Assembly (NCBI GenBank): GCA_964276515.1
Contig: OZ193909.1
Location: forward strand, 1,736,001-1,800,000
Reading direction: 5' to 3'
From: Gordius albopunctatus
Taxonomy: Eukaryota
DNA: 64,000 bases
The notes under the pieces: generated by a model
Seen by the model: the letters and a program-made list of their open reading frames with translations, nothing else
Database searches by the model: none
What the model was told of the DNA's origin: nothing
Shown: positions 38,701 through 50,700 of the stretch, in pieces
Position numbering within the stretch: position 1 is the first letter of the stretch
Layout: the number at the start of each line of letters is the position of its first letter
Program-made: the position numbers and the translations under genes

Positions 38701-41700
38701 ATTTCTAAACTTTTCAATGGAAATTAAGGTTTTACTTTACATTTTTTGTGCGGCACCGCTCGTAATGTTTAATTAATCCAATTAAGTGAAGGTGATAGAA
38801 ATAATCGCACCTGGAATTTAACTTATTTTATAATTTAATACTCAAAATAGTGGTGACACAACAAAATTTATCCAATCGTCAATATTAAAGGTATCAAAGG
38901 CTTAATAAATTATTAAATTCACCAATTTTATCGACGTATTTGATCTTTGTAATTTACAAGCTTCGACAAGACCGTTACTTCTTCCATTTCGATTATGGCC
39001 AAGACGATTTAAAGTTCAAATAATTATGCTTAAAACCAATAATATAACCAAAAACACATCTGATCAGAAAGTTTAAGTTTAGTTTTGCTAAGAATCTTGC
39101 GCCCCCCCCTATAAATTCAAAATTTAATTATGACGTAAACTAACAAAAAAAGTATTGTTTTGCCCCTCCCCAAAACATTGTTGCCCCCCTAGTCCCAATC
39201 CCGGCTACGCTCATGGTATTATTACTATAACTTCATAAAACAACTCTAAAAAGTATAATTCATAATTTTGAAATTTTACATAATTAAATACCGATATGGA
39301 ATGATGATTTAGCAGGGTGACACTTGATGGAACCACTTCAATGTCCTTAACTAATTTAAGCCGGAGTTGAGCGGTCAATCGCGGCAATAAATGACTTGGA
39401 CCAGTTAGTTGTTTCGGTTTGTAACCAGTGAGTGTTACGGTTATCTCCACTAAACCCTCTTCGTGAAATGGGTGAAATATTTGTTGATCTGAAAAGTTAT
39501 GACAAATTAAAAATAAAATATATCGGTGAAATTGATAAAAAATAATTTTTTCCATCGATTTATCCTAAATTTAAAATGTAAAATTAATTTTTATATACCT
39601 TAAAATAAAATTATATTTCAAAGTATAGATGATTTTTTTTCTCTAGATCGTCCTTCACGCTTGGTGATTAACCTAATTTTTGTAATAACTAATGTAGAAT
39701 TAATCCAAACGTACGATCTAAAACAAAAGTATATTAATATATTTTGTCAAATACGGCAAAGCAAGAATATTTTAAGCGAAAAAAGATTCAAAACTCGTAC
39801 TAAGTAGATATTAAATCTATCAAATTTATAAGTGATAAAAAGTGGATTTTTTCGTAAATAAAAGGTTTTTTGGTCTAAAACAGAGGAGGCCATAATGGAA
39901 ACCCATCCGTTTTACAACACTATACTTACCTTGGCCTTGGCTACTACCAGGAACTTCAAGTGCGCCAAGCCTTTCATCCGACACCATCCAACTCAGGGCT
40001 AGAGAAGAAAAATTAGAGAATGCGTGACCAGAAGCATCCAACATCTCCACGTTTATCTCCGAATCTCTGTGATTCAAATGCGGCAGCTGTAAAAGGTTAA
40101 TAATATTTACCATATAAAAAGTAATAATTACTTTTGTAAAAATAAATTAAAAATAAAGGTGGAAATTTATTTTGTCTATTTTGAATTTTATATTTGTCTT
40201 TTTGAAAGAACAGAATGCAATTTTTATAAACAGTTTCTCTACATCAAACAAACTATAATCTTAAATCGTTATTTGACGTGGACAAAATTTTTATCTATTT
40301 ATCCCTTAGATCATCCCTAAGTCTAAAGTGCTATAATTTAATTGTTATTTATAAACAATATCTTAAAAACTTTGTGCAATTTTGCTGCTATATCTCGTAA
40401 TTCAACTTAGTAAACATAAAATCAATGGAGTCCACCCTGATTTGCAAACAGCTCAAGGTCTCAGGGACCGATCAATTAACGCAATTTCCAAATAAAATGA
40501 CGTAATGCTTAAAATTAACATGAAACCGTGACGAAATTTTCTTTATCTAACCCCAAAAAATATTGATAAAAACCTCGGGAGGCGCTAGTTAAAGATACAA
40601 GGCCATTCGTGAAATAGGGGGGGGGGCAAAGGTTATTAAAAACAAGATTTTCACTATTGAATCTGGTAAGTTTAACAAAGGACACTCTGGAAGGGTTCCT
40701 CCGTCCACATCTTTATTCGGTAGTTGCAAGTATGGTTTTAAAACAAGTTTTGCCGGTTCTTCGCAAGTAATTCTTCAACGAAAAATATAATAACGATTTT
40801 AAAGGATAAAAATCATTATTTTAGTTAATAAACTTTTTGCGGGGGTTTATATTTCCTAGTCCTAATCATAAGGAGAGAGGACAAATCCATAAATGCACGA
40901 TTTTTAATAGCTATCTAGAAATCCACTTTCAAGGTAATTAATTGTTAAACAAAAAATGTCGTCCTTCAAAACGGCTTTCATAACCAGTATGAATGAGTTT
41001 GTGTTAATGAACAAATTTTGACAAAAAATTATATTCGATAAAAAACTCGATAATTTTATTTGAATGCGCTCACGTGGTTGAAATGGTTTGATTTATAGGA
41101 ATCGGATTCAAAGGCGTAGGATGATTGCCCACACTAAATAACACGGTCTTTTTTCGTATTTGTTAAAAGGCGTTGGTTAAATAGAGTTACAATAAAATTG
41201 ATTATTTTTGAAAAAAAATATGCAAAAATTTTGGAATTCTAATAATTAAAATAGTTATTTGTGTTTTTAAGACACAGATATAAAAGATTAAAAAATAATT
41301 TTGCTTCCAAGCTTATGGGGCAAAACATACAAAATCTATTCAAAAGCGTACCCAATTTCCGATTTCTCGACATGTGACTCGATAATGGTGAAGGCTCGCT
41401 ATACAATTTACAAAATATACATAAAAAAGTATAAAAATCGACTTTTTTGTATGGCATATAAATAGGGTTTTACTGTTAAAAAACGCTTAAGGCATGCAAA
41501 ACTGTTTGTGTAGCAAGCATAGACTACATAGACTGCTCATCAACGTTATAAAAGTGTACCGTTTTTCAGCCATTTTAAATGTGCACAAATAAGGATAGGT
41601 TATAAATAGATTAGAATAATTTTGGTTAATTAAAGTGGATAAACATTCAAAACAGCATTTTAAAATAAATATCATTTACACAATTCATAAAACTGTGACG

Positions 41701-44700
41701 ATGTGATTCGCTTGCAAACACCCATCTGCAATTTATTGAATATTTATTAACATTCTTTTTTATTTATAAAATAGTGAGGATCAACATTTTCCATTTGAAA
41801 AATTGGGGACACTGCAGAAAGAAGACATTTGTCAAATTCAAAATGGTGCCCGATTTAATGGTACACACATTTTACCACCATGCGTGGAACTAGAGTTGTT
41901 AAATTGCTAACTTTCTTCAAACTCCAGACGCGAGCACGCACACTGAGTTGCTTAATATGCGCGTTAGCACAATATGTGCTCGCTGTTCGGTGCAGTAGGC
42001 AGAGCAGTAGCATACAAAAATGCTCGGGGGCCGAGCAGAAACTCGAGCAGATGGTAGCTGGAGTTGAAGAAAGTTAGCAATATAGCAACTCTACGTGGAA
42101 CTTATGGCGTGAGCAGTCTGTGTAGTCGTCTATGGTGGTAGCAAGTGAAAGAAAAGGCAGAGTGAGTGAGAAAACGTGCAAATATAATGGAAAAGAAAGG
42201 CTTTAAAGGGTGTGTTAGTCAAAACGAAACGCGATACACAAAACGTAAAACTTACGCTCCACAATCGATGCTTCTACTACTACCTCATTTTCTTGAAAAA
42301 TAAGTAATGTAAATATGTAAATATTTATATGTCTATTTACAAAGACTTTTTACAATTTAATAATTTCTCAGCTATTTAGGGCATGAAGTTTTAGTGGACT
42401 AAACATAAAAAGATCGACGAATTTTGCGGTCTGTTTTTCTTAGTCGCCCTCTAGAGGATTAGTCGAAATTCCAAGTCTTAGTTAAACCAGCCGTTTTTAC
42501 GACACTAATTCATGGTGTATACCTAGATTAGGATATTGCATTGCTTCTTCAATCCTTAATCCGAATCCTCCTTTGGCATTGCTACTATCTTCGATCACTA
42601 TTGGAAGTTGCAACAATTTTTTATGTTTCGCATTCACATTCAAATAAGAAATCAGTTTATTCGTTGAAATTGATACCTACCGTTTCTGTAAAAAGAATTC
42701 GGGTCAGATTTTAATGGTGTAGGACCGTTGGCTAAATGCAGTATTTTAGAAGAACCCAAAGTCAATAACGCTTTCGCCTTGTCTAAAAGCTAAAATAGCA
42801 AATAACAAAAAATATCAAAATTTAATTTTGATATTTATAAATAAAAAAGTTTTACCTCGTATTTAAGATAAGAAAGAATGGTAATGGTTGCCCTGATATT
42901 TATGTTATCGGGTTTATACACGTAAGAAACTGTCAATTGTGAAGTTCCTGGTTTCTTTGCTTTGACTATCAAACTTCTACAAGAATCTTCATGTTTTTCA
43001 ACCCCTACAATTATAATTTTTTTGTTAATTTGATCAAAAATATTTAATATTCTTTTTCAATTTATTTTTAAAAATTAAAGTTTTTATAATTTTGAAAAAT
43101 AAATAAGTAAAAGATGTAAATTACCCTACAATTACTAATGTGAGGTTCAAAACTTTTTGAATTAACAAACCACAAATAACGCAACCCTGCCTATTTTTTA
43201 AATTTATTATTCACTATACGAAATTAGACTAAAATAGTGGGGTCGTATGGACCCCGCTTTAAAAAAATATATTTAAGCATCAAAATTTACCGCTAATTTC
43301 AATAACTTCAAACACTGCAGGATCTTTGATAGTAACATTGAGGGCCATTTTTTCACAGTGGGAAAAGACGATTTTTTCATCTTCACCTAATAAGATTAAA
43401 AGACGTCAAAAGCAAATCGATTTTAAAAAACTCGGCAAACTAATAAAAAAACTTGACGAATAATTTGTCCGCAAATAAAAATAAAATTGTGTAATAACAT
43501 TAAATTTCATTCTGTTTCGTAAATTGTATAACCATTTTTTATGAAAAATTATTTATTTGCGACATATACTTGTGGGATATAATGGAGCACCCATCATTTT
43601 AATGTAGAGGGGCATGGCTTCGGAGACAAAAGTTTCAATTTTGTACGGCACAAACTGGATAGATATCGGTTTCAGCACTAAAACCTATGAGAAATAAAAA
43701 ACAATTACTACTCAAAAACTTTCCTTCAAGATAAATTGCTTGATTTTGGTGTATTTATATATACAAGAACACCTTTATTTCCATTAATAAAACGCAAAAA
43801 ATGATTGAAAAATCATAATTTTCAATAGTAGTTAATTCTAATATAATTTTTGTTAGTGATGTTAGTAAATAAGGTTTTAAGCAAACGACGGGTTAATGAG
43901 CGGTTTAGTGTTGTCAGGTGGATTTAGTAATTAGAAAACCGGAGCAAAATTTAAAGTTCTAAATAATTAGTTTAGTTTTTAAATTACAATTAAAAAACCA
44001 ATTTTTTTAGTAGAAATTATAAAAAAAATAGAGAAAAAAGTATTGTGGTCAGTACTTAATCCAATTTTTGCTCAGTAGAATAAACAAATGCTCAGTAAAT
44101 AATAAAATGTTCGGTAATTTAGTTATTCGTTCAGTAATATATTTATTCGTTCAGTTTTTTATTCAAATCTTGCTCAGTAACTTTTTTATTTATGCAAAGT
44201 TACTAAAAACTAGTTTTAAATAAAATTCTAGAGCGAGATTCGAACCCGAAATATCAAAGTAAGAGTCTTGCGTGTTTCCCATGGAGTCAAAGTGCTCGCC
44301 CGAAAAATGGTTTATCTTTATATATATGTTAATTAAAATAAATTTTATTTCATAAACTACCTGAATATATTTGCAAACATGTCGTTGGGTCAGCAATTAA
44401 ACTTAAATTTTCCCAACCACCTAAAGAAGCCAAAAGTGTGCCTATAGGGCAAAAAAGAAAGCGAGGCATACCCTCAAAGACTAAATCAGCCTTTATTGTT
44501 TAGTAATGGTAAGTTTAGATTGTATAACAAATTTTAGGTTTTTGAAATGAAAGTTGTCTCCAGCAAAATTTATCTATTATTCATTTTAAATTGTTAACTA
44601 TTATTGTTAATCTGTATTTGTAAATATTTGTGATTATATATTCAATATAAATTTTATATTTTTCCTTTATAAAGTTTGAGATTGATAAATCTCAACAATA

Positions 44701-47700
44701 TTTGCAAAAAATACATTATAAACATGTAAAATTTAAGGAGGGAAAGGCAAAGCATTTTAGAATGGGAATTATAGGTCATTACTTTCCATAGCTTTTTTAA
44801 TTTGCCATTTATTTATTTGAAGGGAGGACTTAAAGGGAAAAAATTCAAGACACTAAGATATCTTATAACCTTTAAAAATTTAACATTCAGGTCTTCAATG
44901 TATTTAATTTAGCCAAAATAAACTATTTCAATTTCAACACACTCAATTTAACTTTATTTTTACAAAATATTAGTGCTAAATAGATTAAGATTGAGTATTA
45001 TTTATTAAAATTACTGAGAATTTTTTTTGAAAATACTGAGCATTTTGGATTTATAACTCAGCAATATTAAGATTATTTACTGAGCATTTTTGAATTTTTT
45101 ATTGAGCACATTAATAAAATACTGAGCATAATTTACTATGTATTTTTGATTTTTTACTGAGCATTTAAATAACATCCAAAAAATAATATAGCCAAATAAT
45201 CGGTCAAAATTTTGCCCCGGTTCTAATGTAAAATGCAGGTTAGAATTAGTTTTAGCAAACATGACAAATTTTAAAAAAATTATAAACGTGTACTGTTTTC
45301 CATTCCATCGGGTCGCTATTCTATAATGATAAAATTTATACTAAAATCTCGAAATTTATATTATATAAGGACAAAGAACCAATAAATCGCGGAACATTTG
45401 TCTTAAAGAATAAAATTTAATATTAAAAGAAACTCTTTTTAATATACACGTTCCTTCAATCCCCTTACTCAATCTTAATCGAGCTTTTAAAATTTTTGTA
45501 CTATCATATATTTGGATGAATTATAAATATAATTAGTAATAAAATATATAACTCACTATCTGTTTTGCAAATTTTCAAAACACTTAATTTTCCCTATTAA
45601 TTTCAATTATTTTCACGAGTTGTATGTATTTTAGGGCTTGTCTTAATATCGGATTTCGCTGCGCAGCAAAAATCGTCATACGGGTTATAACATAGCCGTG
45701 TCTAAACTTGGAATTCACAGCAGATTTTCATTTCGGACGCATAATATAAGAGCGATTAATCTCAAGAGTGCAAAGAAATAAAAAAAGAGATTTAACTATC
45801 AAAAAACAAAATATTAATAATTGCAACCGAGTCTGACACATGAAATTGAATCGTATATTTGATAAAGATGAATTCGCGTAATTTGAATCTGAATCCGATA
45901 TTAAGACAAGCCCTTAGAGTGCAGGGTTTGATCAAAATTATTTTATAAATAAAAAAAAGTATTAAGATGCATTTCACTTTTCCCGTCGCGATATTGATAA
46001 GATTTCTAACATCGGCAGCCACTAAAGTAACATTTCCAAGGCAAGGCTTTATGCTAGCTAACCCAAAGTCACTTATAACTGCGATGGAAGTATTCGTAGT
46101 TCTCCATACATATTCTCCACTACCACCTTTAGCCTAAGGGTAATTCATAAAATTTAACAAAAAATTAATAAAACTAAAGCTTACATCTGAAGAAAAAATC
46201 TATATTTTTGCGATAAATTTTTTTTGATTAGAAACCACCATTTTTCATTTTTGAAAAAATACATATTTTGCGAAGATGGAATTAATAAATAAAAGAGTTG
46301 AGAATTATAAATATTTGGCCAACATTCCGATATTGCAATTTATGTTATGATCTTTTAATCATGGAATCGCTCGCTAGAAAGAATAATTATTCATTTATAT
46401 TGTGCGGAATAATCACTAGAAAACTGATAATTTATGAGAATTTTAATGCACGGATCAATGGTATCTGTTTAGTTTGACATGAGTCGCCAGTATATATTCC
46501 AGTGTTACCCTGGGTATATTTATGCGACAAATAATAACATACCGAAAAATCTTTGACTAACCCCGCCCCCCCCCTCCGTTTTTACGTAGCTGCATTATTT
46601 CAATAAACGTTTAACCACAATGATTAAGGCTATTTATAAATTTATAATGCAATTTCTCATCCATTTATCGTAAAGAAGCTGCTCCTATTATAACAAAAAA
46701 AGAGGAAAATTTGCGAAAATCTTAAATAAATTATCGGTTTTCGCAAATAAATTCAACAATAAAACATTTTTAATAATATAATTACTCATAGATAATGTAC
46801 CTGGAATTGAACTTCGTATATCGCTTTTCCTAGTGGATCGTAAGGAACTATAACCCGCCCAGGTGATACTTTAATTCCTTCAAATATTTCAATTTCTTGT
46901 TCCTGTGAAATAGGAGCGACAGAAAGAGTTTTCCAAGTCTGAAAAATATGAGAAAAATTTAAAGCTTTTTGGTATGATATACAAAGAATAGAAAGACGGC
47001 TCACACCAACTCGATAAAAATGCATCGAATTTTCAGCCATTTTAAAATGCGCATAAATAGGGGAAGGAGGACGTATAGATTCTAGTGATTTTGGTTAATT
47101 ATAGTGTTTTTTAAACGTTATAAATCAATATTGAAATAGTTAAAGGTTAAAAATAGCATTTTGAAATATCGTATATCATTGACGCAAGTCATAAAAATGA
47201 AAAAAAAACTTTGATGATGTTTAAGCAATTTAGTGCCAACAGCATTTTATCGAGTAATCTAATCAACATCCTTTTTTATTTATTCACTAACGAGGAAGGT
47301 GAATTCAATTTTTATCTTTTAACAATGCGGTACACTACTTCAAAAGGATGGATTTACACCATGCATTTGACATGAGCGATCTATGTAGTCTATGCCATGA
47401 TCATAAATATAAGATTAAAACGGCGTCAAAATTAAAACCATACTTTGTTTAAAAAAATGCCAGTGACTTTATATATACTTATAAATCCTGGATTATAAAA
47501 AAAATGTGGGCAAACCGCTCGTAATCAATTAGCTAAAGGTAATAGTAAAAACCTTTAAAAGCATAAGTTAGTAAATCCTTTTTTACAATTCAAATATAAG
47601 ATATAATATGGAAAAAATGTTACAATTTTGGGTGTCTTTTAAACTTACACTCTCGTAAATTGACTTAAAAATGGCTTTAATAACTGTCCTTCCCGTTATG

Positions 47701-50700
47701 AGAGGCATCAGGATCCACGCCGTTCCATTCATATAGGTATTCACTAAGTTTAGATCTCTGGTTTGATATTCAACGCTTATTCTCAAATCCTAAATATTAT
47801 ATTTAAAGTTAAAAATACATTTATTTTATCTTTAAGCTAAAAAAATTTAAACTGTAAAATTGTAAAATGTTTTCAGGGATCTGATAAAAATGCGATACAA
47901 AAGGGTGAACGTGTATACTTCGTTACTTTACAAGCCGCCCGATGACTAAACACAAAAAATCATGATTCTTATTTTAAAACTGGCTGAACAAGAAAAATCG
48001 ACCGGCAAACTCTTTGCAGATTTCGGTAGAGTTTTTCGCTCTAAACACGAATAAAATTTTGATTTTTCCCCTAATATTTGCTGTCAAAGTTGGTAAAAAC
48101 AGCGATTTTACCGTTTTTCAAACGTGAATAACTTGCAAATTAAACGCTTAAATTTTAATTCCATAAATTTAAATTATAAATGTAAAAGGAAAAAGTTAAA
48201 AATATATTTGAGTCCAGCGTAAAAAACTTTACCAAAATCTGCAAACAGTTTGATGGTTGATCAGTGTAATTAACGTAAGTGCTACTCCTTGCTTTAAAAT
48301 ATAAGACATACTGTGTGCTGCTGAATTATGTAAAAAGCTATATAATTTTAAAGAAAATGGATGAATTTCGGAATGATAGCAACAAATTGGGAAAATAAAG
48401 TATTGAATTTATTTGTTTCGCCGCTTTTTAAGCCTTAGATAAAAATAAAAAATCGTTAAATTATTAATTAAAAATCGAGATAATTTGCTAAAATAGGAGG
48501 TAATTTGTGAAAAGTAACTGATATTTTTATATACATCTGTAGGCCAAATTTCGTTTCGTTTTTCATCTACAAGGCTAACTTCGATAGAATAGGCACGCCC
48601 AACTTCAAGTACCCATATGTGCCCAGGTTCGATTTTTAATCCTATTTCAAATCAAACAAAAACGATCAAATGGGAACCAATTTTAAAATTCTCGTCTTTT
48701 TAAGGAGTAAACTTGTGGCGTAAACCAAGCTTTTTGGGGGATATTTGATGAGAAAATTCATTTTTTAAATAATTTACTTAGGGTTGAAGCTTTAACAACG
48801 TGTACGACTAGTTGTGGAAACTCTTGGCTAGGAGCCGAATCTAATGAAAATTATTAAACAGCCATTATGTAATGCTCACTATGTAGGAGTGTTGTAATTA
48901 AGGTTTTAGGCGAGTAAACATCAATAGACCAAACTTTTTTTGGGTTCTTTATGCTTAATCCACCTCTAGGCTCGGTCGAAATTTGAAAAACAGACCTGAC
49001 TAAACTGTACCCAGCCATTTTTCAAATAAAAAAGAATATATAAAAATATTGAAACTTTAATCATTTAGATAAATCTAGTTGGAAGCACTTATCCCACTAT
49101 AGGATAGAGATTTAAGAGGCTCCAAGTCATTTAAAAATACGATGCAGACTCATGGATTAAACCGCAAATTTGACTGTATTGGCAAAACGATCTATAAGCT
49201 CTCTTTTGGTTCTCCATCCTGTCCAACTCGTAATTTTTCAATAATTGCCGAGGAAACTTCAACGAGTTTTAATCACACTGTGGACTTATGCTTCTGCTAA
49301 ATGACTTTTAATTTGCTTTCGCTAATAAAATAAGTTATTTTAACTTATCTTCTCTTTAAAAAAAGAGACATGACAACTTAAGTGGTAAAAATAAATTTAG
49401 ATTACATCACGATTTTAATGAGATCCACTAATTTATTATTCCAAAATCTGTGTTATGTTAAATCCGTGAGACAACTTGCTGCGATGCAAAATTTGTCATT
49501 TCTCACTTATGATTTGAGGAATGTTAAAAAGTAAATTGTACAAATTTTTGAATTAATAAACTATAAAAAACAATGTTTGTGGGTGAACGGGGTATAAATC
49601 TGTCATACAATCTTAATAAAAACAAAACAAAAAGATCCTTACTTTTATCGTTGACTTTAAGCGTGCATCTTCCGAGGCTAGATGTTTTGAGAAAGGCATT
49701 ATTCCTTTCCAAATTACACGATGTGTCCTCTTCGTCTAGCCCGAGATAATACTGTTCACTTTGATCGAGAAAAATTTCTGAATTGTGCAAAAATTGCATA
49801 AAAATTAAAATCGTAAAAATGTAGAAGGGGTTTGTTTAGTCTTTTTTTGAACTCGTCATAAGCGATATAGAGCAAAGGAAAGATAAATCTTTTATCTTCT
49901 CAGTACAAAGACCGTATCGCAATATTTCTAAAAGAGTACAGTTCTTTTGTTTATAACAAAAACAAGGCTATAAAATTATTTTAAACAATCAACAAAGTTT
50001 TTTTCCATAGAAACCAAAAAAAATAATTGTTTAAATTTCAAATAAACGTTAACAGTGTAATATACCGTGTAGTTTGGCGTGCTTCAATTGAAACAACCGA
50101 GGATGGATGGTAGTGTATAGTTGTAGGAATACTTCAAACGCTGGTTCCAATATCAGATTGGCTACTATGGAAAGTGACACAGAAGCTTCTGCGACATCCT
50201 TATAATTTGTTAACATATATTTGGATATGAGAATTTATTTTAAAATCGATTAATTGAAAAGCTTTCATGTCGATTTAGCAAAGATACAACAGGTATATAT
50301 TAAAGATAAAAAAAATTAGGCCCCCCTCGGCAAATTACTTCTAAAGAGATAATAAAAAAATTTATTAAATGAAAGGTTAGGTCTTATGTAATCTTTTTAA
50401 ATAATATAAAATTAATGCTTTCAATCTAAAGCCTATACATACACACACATTTTTTCAACGCAACACATTATGTTCTAGTTTAAACCATTATATTTTTATT
50501 TTCCATTTGTGAATTCTAAAACTAATAAATCAATGACTCACTTTCGATTTTAAATTAGTTTAGCATACTATTTTATAAATAAAAGCAACGCTCCAATAAA
50601 TATATTTAATTAAAACAGACAAATTAAAAATTTTATCATTCAGACAACTCTCTTGAACACAAAGTAGTAGTAATAATGTATTAAATAATTTTCAAAACGG

